From the IMG/VR virus record IMGVR_UViG_3300048861_000257: a DNA stretch of 64,000 bases; one strand, 5' to 3'. The translations under genes were made by a program, and so were the position numbers. The stretch is from an uncultured virus (IMG/VR IMGVR_UViG_3300048861_000257). Taxonomy: Duplodnaviria; Heunggongvirae; Uroviricota; Caudoviricetes; Herelleviridae. Positions 18,116 to 28,830 of this stretch are shown in pieces (the stretch's first letter is position 1; the number at the start of each line of letters is the position of its first letter). Under the pieces are notes generated by a model. It was not told the origin of the DNA and did no database searches. It saw nothing but the letters and a program-made list of their open reading frames with translations.

Positions 18116-21100
18116 CGAGTCAGCGGACCATCAGCAGTCAGCCACGACGAGACCAGCAAGGACACACGATGACTGAGACCAGAAGCGTCCAGGGAGCACC
18201 GCGCACACTGCTCGCATTCCTTCGCGAAGGACGCGCCGGCGACGCCCAGTCGATCGCGCGCTCGCGCCGTGCCCGGCGACGCCCCTGGGGTCCGCGCCGA
18301 TGGATCGCGCTCGGCATGATGTTGCTCATCCCGCTCGTCGGTGTCTTCGGTGCGACCGCGGCCGCCAACGCCGACGACTCGAATGACGACGCGATGAAGT
18401 ACTCGTTCTACAAGGTCGCCTCTTCGACCACCGCGTTCTTCTCCACCATCCAGGAGCCCGGCAATAACAAGAGCTTCAGCGCACCCTGGACCACGATGCT
18501 CGCCGACCCCGGATCGGCCGGCTCGCTGCTGGGCTACGCGGACCCGGACTTCACCTCAGTGTCCGGCTGGCTGGCCTCCAAGCTCTCCGGCTCGTCGGAC
18601 GCGATCGGCTACGAGACGCTCCTGGTCCGCGATGCAGGCGACTCGGGCAACTATTCCAGCTCCAAGTACCAGGGCATGGTCGACTACGCGTACTTCGGCG
18701 CAGCGCTGAAGGGCATGGGTCTCGACGGCACCAGCACCGGCCTCTCGCTCGGGTTCATGAACTGGATCTCTGGCGGCATCGTCATGCTGCTGTTCATCTT
18801 CGGCGGGGCCGTCGACTTTGTCTTCAACTCCTTCATCAGCCTGCTGGGGATGCTGAACCCGTTCAAGCTCTTCTACCTCGGCGTGCAAGCGATCAGCCCC
18901 GAGCTCGCCAACGGCATGGTCGGCAACAGTGACAACACCAACGTCGGCCCGTTGAGCGGCCTCGTCAGCTGGATCGGTGGCTGGTACCAGGCGCTCCACG
19001 ACCTGTCATGGACCGTGCTGGTGCCCGTGTTCGTCGCGGTCCTCATCATCTCGCTGCTGCTGTTCAAGAAGGTCGACAAGGGTGGCGCCTTCAAGAAGAT
19101 CGTCATCCGCCTTCTGTTCATCGGCATCGGTCTGCCGCTGTTGGGCTCGATGTACACAGGCATGATCGACTCGATGGCGAGCGCCTCGACGTCGGGGAAC
19201 GCGGGCTCCGCCCGGGTGGTCATGAGCACCTACGTCGACTTCGAGAACTGGGCGGTGAAGAGCCGCCTGGCTATCCCCTCGAAGGCCATCATCGAATGGG
19301 ACTCGTCGTCCGCTCAGCCCAGTGGCAAGGCACAGTCCAACGTGCGCAACACCGCGCTTGCGATCAACAACCAGACGCACGGGCTGGGTCTGAACCAGAT
19401 CCTGACCTCCGGGTCCTACGACGCCAGCTGGGCCAACCAGATCATGGAGGGTAAGACCACCGACGCCACGACGAGCGCGAACATCTTCGCCAAGACCGTC
19501 GACATGCTGGTGCGGTACATGCAGGGATCGCAGATCTCGTCGGCCTCATTCGAGACCATCTCCAAGGGCGACCTGACGCAGTCGACGTTCTACTACGAAC
19601 ACGGCAACGACACTGTGAAGTCGTGGTTCGAGGACCTCACGAAGAAGGCCGACGACCTGAACAAGGACGACGCGACCCCCGGCTCGAACCCCCTCGTAGC
19701 AGTGCAGTCCGGAACCGGCTTGCGAGCGGACGGGACCGGAACGCGTACCTTCAGCTCGACGACCAGCGGCTGCAGCTTCACCGGTACGACCATCGTCGGC
19801 GCCGACGGCGCACCGCGCGCGTGCAACCTCTCGCCCCTGGCGATGTACAACTACCTGAACACCGACTTCGGCCCGACGTCGATGCGGATGTACTCGTCCT
19901 CGAACGTCGCCTCCGAGGCGACCCGGTCCATCCACAACTCGGTCGATCAGGTCGGTACGGGTGCGATGAGCTTCCTCTACTGGTTCAACGCCGTCGTGCT
20001 GCTGGGCTCGTTCGTGCTCATCGGGCTGGGCTACGCCTTCGCGCTGCTGTTCGCCAGCATCCGACGCTCGTTCCAGATCATCACGGCCGTGCCTTTCGCC
20101 ACGCTCGGCGCGCTGGCCGCGATCGCCAAGGTGGTCGTCTACTCGGTTGCCCTGGTGCTCGAGGTGGTTGTGACGATCTTCGTCTACAAGATCGTGCAGG
20201 AGTTCCTCACCTCGCTGCCCCAGATCATCGAGATGCCGTTCGCCTCGGTGCTCTCCAACGGTGCCACCGGTCCGCTCGCAGGATTCGTGGCGTTCCTGAT
20301 CAGCGGGTGGGGCTTCGGTCTGGTCGTCACGCTGCTGTCGATCCTGGGAGTCGTCGGCTTCACCGTTCTGGCGCTGCGCGTTCGGAAGGTGCTGGTCAAG
20401 GCCGTCGAGGAGGCGGTCACGAAGCTCGTCGAGAAGTTCATGGACACCCCGGTCGGGGTGCCCGGAGGCGGCAAGCTCGCCCCGGCCCTGGCGGGAGGCA
20501 TGGCCGCAGGTGCGGGCGCCGCAGCCGCGAACCGCATGATGGGCCACGGCGGCGGCAAGAGCCCTGTCGGCTCCCCGCTGCCCGGCAACCACGGCGGCCC
20601 CGACGGCATCACCACTGAGGGCGGCACCGTACCAACTGGTCCCGTCCCGGACGGTGGTGGCGACGGCCAGCTCGAGCTCACGGGCAAGATCGCCGGAGCC
20701 GATGGGAACGGCGACCCCGGTACCTCGGTCGGCGGCAGCCTTCCCGGTGGCCCGTCGAGTCAGGACGCGGCCAAGGAGGTCGCGCTGGGTCGCCAGGTCG
20801 AGGCGAACGGCCTGTCCAAGCGCGACGAGATCCGCGCTCCGCAGGTCGGTGACGATGCCCTCAGCTCGGCCTCCGACTCGGTGGACAAGTCCGCCGCGGG
20901 GTACGCTGCGGCCGACAAGAAGCAGCTCCAGGCGGGCACCGAGGGCGCTCAGGCGCTCGGGCACGGCGCGGTCGCGGCCGGTCGCGGTGTGGCCGGGGAC
21001 TACGCGGGAGCCGCGGAGTCCGGTGGCAAGGCGATCGAGCACGGGGGAGCGGCGGCAGCCGCCGGACACCGGGCGAAGCAGCTTGAGGCCGACGCCGGGC

Positions 21101-21513
21101 GCAGCTCGCTGGACAAGCCGAACCAGCGGCACGCCCAGCAGGCCGCGAAGGCGCAGCAGGTCTCGAGGGCGGGGACGGCTATCTCGCGGGCCGGTGGCAT
21201 GGCCGGAGGCTCGAAGGCCGCGACCTCGGTCGGACCCGTGAAGACCAAGCAGGGCTCTCCGCAGACCGCGAAGAAGGTCCAGCCGGCCCCGCCGAAGAAG
21301 CAGTCCGTGCCGACGGCTCCGCAGCCGGCTACCTCGAAGCCTGTCCCGCGGTCACCGAAGCCGGTCGTTCAGAAGGCCGAGACGGTACCCACTACATCGA
21401 AGCCTGCTCCTCAGCGGGCACCGCGTGCACCGCGCCCGTCCCGACCGGCTCCGCAGGCGCCGCGGCCGGCCACGAAGAGCAGCCCGCGCGACGAGGAGCG
21501 ATCCGGCAAGTAG
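18112..21513 (+). CDS. VirB6-like polytopic membrane protein with a G/A/P-rich cytoplasmic tail
   Basis: Multiple TM helices and a low-complexity C-terminal tail; ATGA overlap with virB4 (alternative start 18169). Confidence 0.65.
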   Translation: MTSQRTISSQPRRDQQGHTMTETRSVQGAPRTLLAFLREGRAGDAQSIARSRRARRRPWGPRRWIALGMMLLIPLVGVFGATAAANADDSNDDAMKYSFYKVASSTTAFFSTIQEPGNNKSFSAPWTTMLADPGSAGSLLGYADPDFTSVSGWLASKLSGSSDAIGYETLLVRDAGDSGNYSSSKYQGMVDYAYFGAALKGMGLDGTSTGLSLGFMNWISGGIVMLLFIFGGAVDFVFNSFISLLGMLNPFKLFYLGVQAISPELANGMVGNSDNTNVGPLSGLVSWIGGWYQALHDLSWTVLVPVFVAVLIISLLLFKKVDKGGAFKKIVIRLLFIGIGLPLLGSMYTGMIDSMASASTSGNAGSARVVMSTYVDFENWAVKSRLAIPSKAIIEWDSSSAQPSGKAQSNVRNTALAINNQTHGLGLNQILTSGSYDASWANQIMEGKTTDATTSANIFAKTVDMLVRYMQGSQISSASFETISKGDLTQSTFYYEHGNDTVKSWFEDLTKKADDLNKDDATPGSNPLVAVQSGTGLRADGTGTRTFSSTTSGCSFTGTTIVGADGAPRACNLSPLAMYNYLNTDFGPTSMRMYSSSNVASEATRSIHNSVDQVGTGAMSFLYWFNAVVLLGSFVLIGLGYAFALLFASIRRSFQIITAVPFATLGALAAIAKVVVYSVALVLEVVVTIFVYKIVQEFLTSLPQIIEMPFASVLSNGATGPLAGFVAFLISGWGFGLVVTLLSILGVVGFTVLALRVRKVLVKAVEEAVTKLVEKFMDTPVGVPGGGKLAPALAGGMAAGAGAAAANRMMGHGGGKSPVGSPLPGNHGGPDGITTEGGTVPTGPVPDGGGDGQLELTGKIAGADGNGDPGTSVGGSLPGGPSSQDAAKEVALGRQVEANGLSKRDEIRAPQVGDDALSSASDSVDKSAAGYAAADKKQLQAGTEGAQALGHGAVAAGRGVAGDYAGAAESGGKAIEHGGAAAAAGHRAKQLEADAGRSSLDKPNQRHAQQAAKAQQVSRAGTAISRAGGMAGGSKAATSVGPVKTKQGSPQTAKKVQPAPPKKQSVPTAPQPATSKPVPRSPKPVVQKAETVPTTSKPAPQRAPRAPRPSRPAPQAPRPATKSSPRDEERSGK

Positions 21514-21532
21514 CTCGCGACGAGCACCTCAT

Positions 21533-21569
21533 GGGCAGGTGGTCACGATTCGGTCGTGGCCACCTGCCC
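21533..21569 (+). terminator. Terminator-like hairpin
   Basis: GGGCAGGTGGTCACGA-TTCGG-TCGTGGCCACCTGCCC. Confidence 0.55.
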
Positions 21570-21592
21570 CCGTTCTTGGGGACACGGATTCA

Positions 21593-21604
21593 CTCGTTTA
21601 CGAA
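21593..21604. promoter_or_regulatory. Palindromic box, copy 7
   Basis: CTCGTTTACGAA, upstream of the pilin-like gene. Confidence 0.6.
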
Positions 21605-21695
21605 TGAGTTTGGAAGGATTTACATGTAGAGTGTTCAGCAGGGGTGCGACCCCGCAGGACCAGAGATTCCACTCACCGAACAGCGAGGACAACGC

Positions 21696-22067
21696 ATGAG
21701 CTACACGGAAATCATCGAGGCCGCGACGGCGGTGGGGACAGTGCACCCGGTTCTCCCGGTGGCCGACTGGGACATCGTCTCGCTGCTCACGAACGGCAAG
21801 GACCTCGGCAAGGTCATCGGCGGCGCGATCGTCGGCCTCATCGGCGTCATCCTCCTGATCGTGGGCTGCGTGTTCGTCGGCATCAAGCTGTGGGGCAACC
21901 CGCAGAACGGCGTCACCAAGAGCTGGCTGATCATCGGCCTCATGATCCTCATCGGAGGCGGCATGCTCACCGGCGGCTGGTCCCTCCTCGAGAACGTGTC
22001 CTCGGGCGGCCAGAAGACGATCGAGGAGCTCGGCGGCGGAATGATCGTCACGGACCTGTTCGGCTGA
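21696..22067 (+). CDS. VirB2/pilin-like small membrane protein
   Basis: 123 aa with two Gly-rich TM helices, inside the T4SS cluster; RBS GAGGA. Confidence 0.55.
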   Translation: MSYTEIIEAATAVGTVHPVLPVADWDIVSLLTNGKDLGKVIGGAIVGLIGVILLIVGCVFVGIKLWGNPQNGVTKSWLIIGLMILIGGGMLTGGWSLLENVSSGGQKTIEELGGGMIVTDLFG

Positions 22068-22099
22068 TCCCGTTGGGAAGCCACCCAAGCGCATAGGAG

Positions 22100-22134
22100 A
22101 GCGGGGCCGGCGGCACTTAGCCGTCGGCCCCGCT
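22100..22134 (+). terminator. Terminator-like hairpin
   Basis: AGCGGGGCCGGCGGC...GCCGTCGGCCCCGCT followed by TTCTC. Confidence 0.5.
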
Positions 22135-22199
22135 TTCTCGTCCGCGCGGCGAACCAGCTCACCAAGCACCCCCGACGGGACACGAGAAAGGCCAACAAC

Positions 22200-23495
22200 A
22201 TGGGCATGAAGGATTCGGCGAAGGGCCTTGCGGCGCGACTGCGGCTGGACTCGCACCACGCGATCGAACGGTTCGGGGTCCTGACGGCCGCTGTTGCCGT
22301 CAGCTGCGTGCTGATCTTCGGAGGGGCGTCTGCATCCTCGTTCGCGAACCAGCAGGCGAACCTCGACGCCACGACCCTCTACACGCCGAGCTTCACGACG
22401 TCCAAGACGCAGGTGTCCGGCGACGTCGCCGGTGTCTATGTGAACAGCCACCGCACCCGGGCGATGGTGCTCATGCACTTCAAGGACTCCAGCTCGATGT
22501 CGGCCGACGCGAGCAAGTACAAGGCCTACCTCACCGGCTCTGGCCGCGACCTTGTGGACCAGCCGCTGCAGAGCGCGGTCACGGGACAGATCGTCGCCTT
22601 CGGCTCCACTGGCTACATGGCCATGGTGCTCGACAGCGACAAGCCGTTCCAGCAGCAGATCCTCAACCTCACCATGCGTTCGAACTCCGAGCTCGTCTAC
22701 AAGCCGACGGAGACCCGCAAGGTGCGCGAGGACCTCCAGGGTCAGAAGACCTTCGCTGAGTTCGACCAGTGGAGGCTCTACTTCAACCCGGGCGCCTCCG
22801 GTGCGAAGAAGACCACCGTGCTGGATGGCGACGACTTCGACCCGGGTGCCGTCTATGCCGCGCTGGTCATTCGACCGGACGAGAAGAAGGCCCGTTCCGA
22901 CCTGGACACGCAGCTGGCCCAGCTCCAGGTCGACCAGGCGCGGATCGCCGAGTACACGACCGACATGGCGCGGGTGAACGTCGACGGCGTCTTCATCACG
23001 CCGCCCGCCGTTCCGAAGCAGATTGCAGGTGACATCGTGGATGGCAAGCCCGGGGTGGGTAAGACCCCCTCCACTCTCCGCCTCAAGCCGCAGTGGGTCA
23101 GCCCCCGCGGCTACGAATTCGACTGGCGCTCGGGGAACGTGGAGACGGGGTACCTCGACAGCATCGTCCCCGAGGGCGAGTCGTACGTGACCTTCCTGGC
23201 TGACAAGGCTGAGACGTCCACCAACGGCGACGACGGCCAGCTGCAGCCTGGTGACATCGAGTGGAAGCTGACCAACGGTCGCCTCCTGTCCGACTACGGA
23301 ACCACCGACAAGACGATGCAGCCACTCTTCGAGATCCGCAACAACCTCGCGCAGGCCTACCAGGACTACTACAAACACAAGGTCGACTACCAGACGAAGG
23401 CCTACTCCGAACTGATCGACCTCGAGGTGGACCTGCGCAACGTGCGCGCCGCCGCATCCGTGAACGACAACGCGAAGGCGCTGTTCACCTACTGA
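22200..23495 (+). CDS. Membrane-anchored conjugation protein
   Basis: Single N-terminal TM, extracytoplasmic domain with coiled coil; T4SS cluster context. Confidence 0.65.
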   Translation: MGMKDSAKGLAARLRLDSHHAIERFGVLTAAVAVSCVLIFGGASASSFANQQANLDATTLYTPSFTTSKTQVSGDVAGVYVNSHRTRAMVLMHFKDSSSMSADASKYKAYLTGSGRDLVDQPLQSAVTGQIVAFGSTGYMAMVLDSDKPFQQQILNLTMRSNSELVYKPTETRKVREDLQGQKTFAEFDQWRLYFNPGASGAKKTTVLDGDDFDPGAVYAALVIRPDEKKARSDLDTQLAQLQVDQARIAEYTTDMARVNVDGVFITPPAVPKQIAGDIVDGKPGVGKTPSTLRLKPQWVSPRGYEFDWRSGNVETGYLDSIVPEGESYVTFLADKAETSTNGDDGQLQPGDIEWKLTNGRLLSDYGTTDKTMQPLFEIRNNLAQAYQDYYKHKVDYQTKAYSELIDLEVDLRNVRAAASVNDNAKALFTY

Positions 23496-23553
23496 GCACG
23501 AGGCGGCCGCACCCGACGGTGCGGCCGTACCTGTGACGACGAAAGGACGACCG

Positions 23554-25419
23554 ATGGCTGAGAACCCCAGAGGCGGGGCCGGCGGGCTCGCATCCGGCGG
23601 ACCAGACATGCCGATCGACGCCGCGATTCAGAAGGCGGGTGCCGAGGCGGCTGAGCAGCACGACTCGGGGGCGGATGCCGCCTCGCAGTCGTCGACGACC
23701 CCCGTGGTTTCCAGCGCGAGCCAAAATGACGCCACTGAGCCGGCGGCGAAGGACGGCCCGCAGGAGCGTGGCGCGGGTGGTCTCGCGGAGCGGGTCGGCG
23801 CCGAGGAGCAGGAGAAGGCACCTGCGCTGGGCGCGGGCGGCACGTCTCCAGCCGTCAAGGAGCCTGCACCGGACGAGGCCCCCACGGTCGGCCGCGGTGG
23901 GGGCGGGGGGAAGGTCGCAGGCGCGGCGGCGGCCGTACCCGCAGCGGGGGCTGCTGGTCAGGTCATGCTGCTCGCGATGATCATCAACTGGCTCAAGGGC
24001 CTCATGTTCCAGCTGATGGCGATAGCCGCCAACCTCTGGAACCTCGCGCTCGGTCTGCTGCTCGCGATGGGAAAGGCCGCATTCGGCGCGGTGATCGGAG
24101 TCGGAACGGCGATCAGCTCGGCCGTGGGCGGCGCGGTGAGTGCCGTCGTCGCCGGCGTCGCGTCCTTCGCCGCTGGAGGCGTGGTGATCACCCTCGTGGT
24201 CGTCTCTTCCGTGATGATGATCGACAGCGGCAACGCGGTCGCGATGAGGGACAGCACAGTCGGCTGCCAGGTCGTCGCCAAGCGCGCCCTCGACAAGGTC
24301 GACGGCTCGGACACCAACGTCGACGCCAGCACCCTGGCAAACGCGAAGACGATCTACAGCGTGCTCAGCGCCTGGGGAATGCCCGACGAGAACATCGCAG
24401 GCATCATCGGCAACTGGGACGCCGAGTCGCACATCGACCCGACCAGTGTGCAGGGCGACTTCGACTCGCCGCAGGTGATGAGCGACGCCAAGAAGCAGAA
24501 GGCGACGGACACCGATAACGGCATCGGACTTGGACAGTGGACCTTTGGCCGTAACGCGAATCTCCGCGGCTACGCGGACGCGCTGGGCAAGGACTGGTGG
24601 ACGCTCGAGACGCAACTCGGCTTCATGGTCTCGGACGCAGAGGGCTTGGACGCCCGCGTCGTGAAGCTCATGATCAGCGAGTCGAAAGGCACGCCGAGCG
24701 ACGCCGCCCTCTACTTCCACGCCAACTGGGAGCGCTCAGCCGATACCCCGCAGATGGCGGAGCGACGCGCTACCTATGCGACGAAGTGGATGGGCCTGTT
24801 CAGCGGATGGACGAAGAACGAGGCGCTGGCCCAGTCGATCCTCGCCCAGGCAGGCACCACGGTCACCGGCGCGAACACCGCGCGAGCGAACGCTGTCCGC
24901 TCCGATTGCCGCAGCGTCGGCAATGCCGCGCTCACGATGAAGGAGGGCGGCCTCACCCTCGAGGAGGCCACCGCGCTGATGGCGGACTACAAGGTCAACG
25001 GTGAGGCCTTCCTGCAGGCGCGGTATCCCTCGGGTGGGCCGGACGATTGCGGTTACGGCAAGGCCGACAATTGCGTGGCGTTCTCGACCTACTTCGTGAA
25101 CAAGTACACGAGCTTCCAGAAGTACGCCCCGGGTAACGGCATCGACATCGCCGGGCGGATGGCCGAGATGATGGGCAAGCAGCTCACCAAGACGCCGACG
25201 GTCTACTCGGTCGCATCCGGCCCAGGCTCGGGCCCGGAGGGTCACACGTTCGTGGTGCTCGGTATCCAGGGTGATCAGGCCGTGATCGGTGAGGCGGCAT
25301 GTGGCACCAACCACAAGGGCACCCGTGCGTACCTCCGGCCGCTGTCCTCGATCACGAACGGCGACTGGGTGTTCGTCGACGTCGCGGACCTCATCACCGA
25401 GCAGCCCGCTGCCGCGTAG
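23554..25419 (+). CDS. Conjugative cell-wall hydrolase (VirB1-like): phage-tail-type lysozyme plus CHAP-like peptidase
   Basis: IAGIIGNWDAES...GIGLGQWT...TQLGF (tail-lysozyme-like); DNCVAFS (Cys) and GHTFVV (His) with IGEA (CHAP-like). Confidence 0.8.
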   Translation: MAENPRGGAGGLASGGPDMPIDAAIQKAGAEAAEQHDSGADAASQSSTTPVVSSASQNDATEPAAKDGPQERGAGGLAERVGAEEQEKAPALGAGGTSPAVKEPAPDEAPTVGRGGGGGKVAGAAAAVPAAGAAGQVMLLAMIINWLKGLMFQLMAIAANLWNLALGLLLAMGKAAFGAVIGVGTAISSAVGGAVSAVVAGVASFAAGGVVITLVVVSSVMMIDSGNAVAMRDSTVGCQVVAKRALDKVDGSDTNVDASTLANAKTIYSVLSAWGMPDENIAGIIGNWDAESHIDPTSVQGDFDSPQVMSDAKKQKATDTDNGIGLGQWTFGRNANLRGYADALGKDWWTLETQLGFMVSDAEGLDARVVKLMISESKGTPSDAALYFHANWERSADTPQMAERRATYATKWMGLFSGWTKNEALAQSILAQAGTTVTGANTARANAVRSDCRSVGNAALTMKEGGLTLEEATALMADYKVNGEAFLQARYPSGGPDDCGYGKADNCVAFSTYFVNKYTSFQKYAPGNGIDIAGRMAEMMGKQLTKTPTVYSVASGPGSGPEGHTFVVLGIQGDQAVIGEAACGTNHKGTRAYLRPLSSITNGDWVFVDVADLITEQPAAA

Positions 25420-25464
25420 CCCGCGCAACAGCATTCAGCACAGACGTAGACGGAGATCAGGAAC

Positions 25465-26355
25465 ATGGCGAAGAAGAACAAGTCGTCACCGACGATGGAG
25501 CACCTCGACGCACGCATCGCTGCACAGCAGGAGAAGGTGCGTGCTCGGCGCGCATCGAAGGTGACACCGGAGGATGTCGCGCGGCGTCTCGCGGAGCGTC
25601 GCGAGCGTAAGGCGGTGAAGCCGAGCACGAGGCGGGCCGGGCGCGTGGTCCCTCTCGTACTCGGCGGGGCCCTCCTTGCGATCAGCGGCATCGTCGCGAC
25701 CGCGACAGTGTCGGGCACCGAGACGTTCAAGATCACCAACCAGTCACTGCAGCAGCAGATCGCGGCCGCGCAGGGCGACCTCGACGCCCAGCCGGCTGCG
25801 GACCAGCAATCGGCGGCGGAGTACGCGGACCAGCTGAAGCAGCAGATCGCCGAGGCGATGGCGAAGGCAGAGAAGATCGCCACACTGCAGCAGGAGTTCG
25901 CTCAGATCCTGTTCAAGGGCAACAGCGAGCACACCGAGAACGGAGCGCCCAGCGCCGCGTTCCTGGAGTCGGTGCAGCACCGGAAGCTCCTCGCCCCGTA
26001 CTTCGTCGACCGGGCATTCCTCGTCGAAGACGCCGTCGCGTACGCCCCGGGGTCCACGCTGCCCTTCGACTCAGGCAAGATCGACCCCCGGTTCCCCTGG
26101 TTCCTCGCCCACCCGGCCGACGACCCTGTGAAGCTGCTCGACCCCAGTGGCTCGACGTGGACGGTCGCATCCGTCGTTGCGACCAAGACGCCGGGCGTCT
26201 TGGAGGCGACCTGGGTCGACAGCAACGCCGCCACCGGTCAGCTGTTCTCGTGGGCCACGGCCAGCTACTACAGCGACGAGGGCAAGTTCGGCAGCCTCAA
26301 GGTCGGCACCACCACACTCAGCAACGACGGCAGCATCCAGACGGCAGGGAACTGA
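25465..26355 (+). CDS. Bitopic membrane conjugation protein
   Basis: One TM followed by a coiled coil; operon context. Confidence 0.65.
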   Translation: MAKKNKSSPTMEHLDARIAAQQEKVRARRASKVTPEDVARRLAERRERKAVKPSTRRAGRVVPLVLGGALLAISGIVATATVSGTETFKITNQSLQQQIAAAQGDLDAQPAADQQSAAEYADQLKQQIAEAMAKAEKIATLQQEFAQILFKGNSEHTENGAPSAAFLESVQHRKLLAPYFVDRAFLVEDAVAYAPGSTLPFDSGKIDPRFPWFLAHPADDPVKLLDPSGSTWTVASVVATKTPGVLEATWVDSNAATGQLFSWATASYYSDEGKFGSLKVGTTTLSNDGSIQTAGN

Positions 26356-26356
26356 C

Positions 26357-27004
26357 ATGGGCATCTCGATCAAGACCGCAGCGTTCCCGCTGGTCGCCGC
26401 GGCAGTGCTGGTGGCGACCGCGACAGTCAGCGGGATCACGAACTCGCACCAGAACGCCGAGCTGCAGGGGCAACGAGACAAGCTCACGGCCGTGACTCAG
26501 AAGGTGGACGCTGCTCGTGCCGCCACGGCCAAGACGGAGACCATCAGCTCGCTGGACGCTCTCGGCGCCAGCAGCGGCCGCGTGAACGCGGACGAGAAGA
26601 TCCTCGACGACCTCGTCCAGCGCACCCTCACCTGGGACAGCGACGCCAGCTACCGAGATGCGCGCGCCAGCACGATGCGGGTCTACGGGCTCACCGAGGA
26701 CTCGCCCTTCATGAAGGCGTTCCTCCCGCCGGCGCCAGTGAACCGGGACAGCAAGGGCAACGAGTACCCCTACATCGACGCGGCGGGCCTCAACTCGGCA
26801 GTCGCGGACAGCACCGTGAAGCTGCTCGCCGTCGACGGCGTGAGCTACTCGTACATGGTGCTCGTCGACGTGCAGGCCACCTCCAGTGACGGGCTCGGCA
26901 CGTCCGGGAATGTGGCCACCATCTTCGCCACGATCGACGGCGACGGATCGGTAAGCAAGGTGTCCGGATTCGCCAGCACCCAGAAGCCTCTCACCTCGGA
27001 CTGA
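26357..27004 (+). CDS. Exported or anchored conjugation protein (possibly VirB8-like)
   Basis: N-terminal hydrophobic segment, alpha+beta C-terminal domain; starts 1 bp after the previous stop. Confidence 0.6.
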   Translation: MGISIKTAAFPLVAAAVLVATATVSGITNSHQNAELQGQRDKLTAVTQKVDAARAATAKTETISSLDALGASSGRVNADEKILDDLVQRTLTWDSDASYRDARASTMRVYGLTEDSPFMKAFLPPAPVNRDSKGNEYPYIDAAGLNSAVADSTVKLLAVDGVSYSYMVLVDVQATSSDGLGTSGNVATIFATIDGDGSVSKVSGFASTQKPLTSD

Positions 27005-27087
27005 TCCCCGGCACAGCGAGCCTCAATCGGCGGCGGCATACCCCCACAAAGGGACGTGTCCGCCGCCGTTCTGGCTGGTAGAGTTTC

Positions 27088-27099
27088 CTCATACACGAG
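27088..27099. promoter_or_regulatory. Palindromic box, copy 8
   Basis: CTCATACACGAG, 3 bp after TGGTAGAGT, upstream of the relaxase operon. Confidence 0.7.
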
Positions 27100-27151
27100 C
27101 AAATTTAGACACTTCGGCTCAGCCGAGAAATGCACTTCACGAGGAGATCAG

Positions 27152-27583
27152 ATGGCGAAGAACACGAACACCGACAGCCAGCGCGCGGGAGGCCTCCGAG
27201 GCAAGGTACGTCCCGTCGTCGCGGTTCTCGCGACGAAGACTGCGAGCCTGGTGGCCCTCCTGCTTGTCTACTACGTCGTCGTGTTCTTCCTGGCGATCCG
27301 CGTCGTGCCCCTGGTCTTCGGCTTCGTGAAGTCGGGCAGCGGCGTGACCATGGACATGCCGTTCGAGACCATCCTCTCGGTGTGGATCGCGCCGTCCGTC
27401 TTCCTGCTCGCCACGCTCTTCGCGGTGATGCTGATCGCGTGCCGTGCGCTCTGGCGTGCCCGCCGCCGCCTCGTCGAATCCGTCTCCGCCTGGGCGTTCG
27501 GACGCGAGGAAGGCGTCGCCCATGCGGTCGCGCCAGCCAACCTGAGCACGGCGCGCGCCCGCCGTACCCGCAAGTCCGCCTGA
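27152..27583 (+). CDS. Two-TM membrane protein
   Basis: RBS GAGGAG; two long hydrophobic helices. Confidence 0.7.
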   Translation: MAKNTNTDSQRAGGLRGKVRPVVAVLATKTASLVALLLVYYVVVFFLAIRVVPLVFGFVKSGSGVTMDMPFETILSVWIAPSVFLLATLFAVMLIACRALWRARRRLVESVSAWAFGREEGVAHAVAPANLSTARARRTRKSA

Positions 27584-27611
27584 ACGAACCCCCGAGAGAC
27601 GAGGAAAACGC

Positions 27612-28748
27612 ATGAAGATCGCACCCCTGAAGGTGAGCGACCCGTGGTTCGGGCGGATCGTCAATGACGAGCAGGTCCAGGCTGATTCGCTGCAGAGCGT
27701 CCCGATCGAGAGCACCGTGGACATGGAGCTCGTGGAGCTTCTTCACGCCGGACCTGAGGGCAACTACCGGCCGTACCTGCACCTGCGAGGCGAGCTCGTC
27801 GAAGCGCGTCCGGTCGTCGAGCTGCCCTACGGTGTCACCGAGCTGGCGCTGCGCAAGGGCGCCGGTCTGAGTGTGGACGCGTTCTACGACTTCAACCAGC
27901 AGCAGCTCAGCGACCTGGTCGCCAAAGGCTATTTCAGCGAAGCCTTCAAGGTGCCCGAGCAGATGTCTGGGATCCCGTGGACGCTTCCCGGGAAAGCCGA
28001 CTTCCTAGTGGTCGGCCCCGCATCCTCCGACGAGCCACCGCTGGTCTTCATGAGCGTGCACGAGCAGAACTCGCTGGAGCTGGATGAGGCGAACAGCGGG
28101 TACGAACTCGCGGGCTACTTCCCGGACTACTCCGACCAGATCGAGCAGGCCACTCCAGAGACACAGACCACCGAGCCGCTCGAGCACGACGGCTCTGGCC
28201 AGGACCTCTTCGCCGATGTCGACTTCCAGCTGCGACCCGAGCGCCTGACCGCGCCGGCCGTCGATGGTCGCCCGGACGACGTGGACCTTGACATGCGAGC
28301 GACGGTTCCCGATGGCGTTTTCAGCCGCCTGGTGTCCGAGATCCAGGCCAAGCAGCCCGTCGAGCCTGAACCCACGGTCGACGAGACCGAGCACGAGTCG
28401 ATCGTCCCGGGCAGTGCTGAGGACGTCTACCTGTCTCGCGTCGCGCCCGGAGTCGCTCACGTTCTTTCCGGCGAGCACGTGAAGGAGTCGGAGCACGAGG
28501 CTGAGCCCGTCGCCGACGACGTCCACACGGAACCGACCACTGAAGACGAAGGGCAGGAGAAGACTCCTGACGGCTTCCTCGACCTGTCGGAGCCCGAGGA
28601 AGAGATCGTCCCTCTGAACGTCCAGTTCGGAGAGGTGACCGCCGACGACCACCGCAAGGTCAACGACCGACGCGCCGCACGCATCCGCGCCGAGCTCGAG
28701 GCGGACGAAGCGTCTGCCACCGGCGACGAGGCCCAGCCGGTCCTCTGA
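27612..28748 (+). CDS. Acidic hypothetical protein upstream of the relaxase
   Basis: 378 aa with RBS GAGGA; globular N-terminal half, D/E-rich C-terminal half. Confidence 0.7.
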   Translation: MKIAPLKVSDPWFGRIVNDEQVQADSLQSVPIESTVDMELVELLHAGPEGNYRPYLHLRGELVEARPVVELPYGVTELALRKGAGLSVDAFYDFNQQQLSDLVAKGYFSEAFKVPEQMSGIPWTLPGKADFLVVGPASSDEPPLVFMSVHEQNSLELDEANSGYELAGYFPDYSDQIEQATPETQTTEPLEHDGSGQDLFADVDFQLRPERLTAPAVDGRPDDVDLDMRATVPDGVFSRLVSEIQAKQPVEPEPTVDETEHESIVPGSAEDVYLSRVAPGVAHVLSGEHVKESEHEAEPVADDVHTEPTTEDEGQEKTPDGFLDLSEPEEEIVPLNVQFGEVTADDHRKVNDRRAARIRAELEADEASATGDEAQPVL

Positions 28749-28830
28749 CAGCCAGTCGAATGGGCCCGCGCGGGACGACCTCCAGCGCGGGCCCTTCGCC
28801 ATCCAACAGATCAGATGGGGAGAGGAAGAC

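Noticed and set aside
27005..28830. oriT near the relaxase
   Set aside because: Only terminator-like hairpins and the regulon box were seen; no nic site can be supported from sequence alone.
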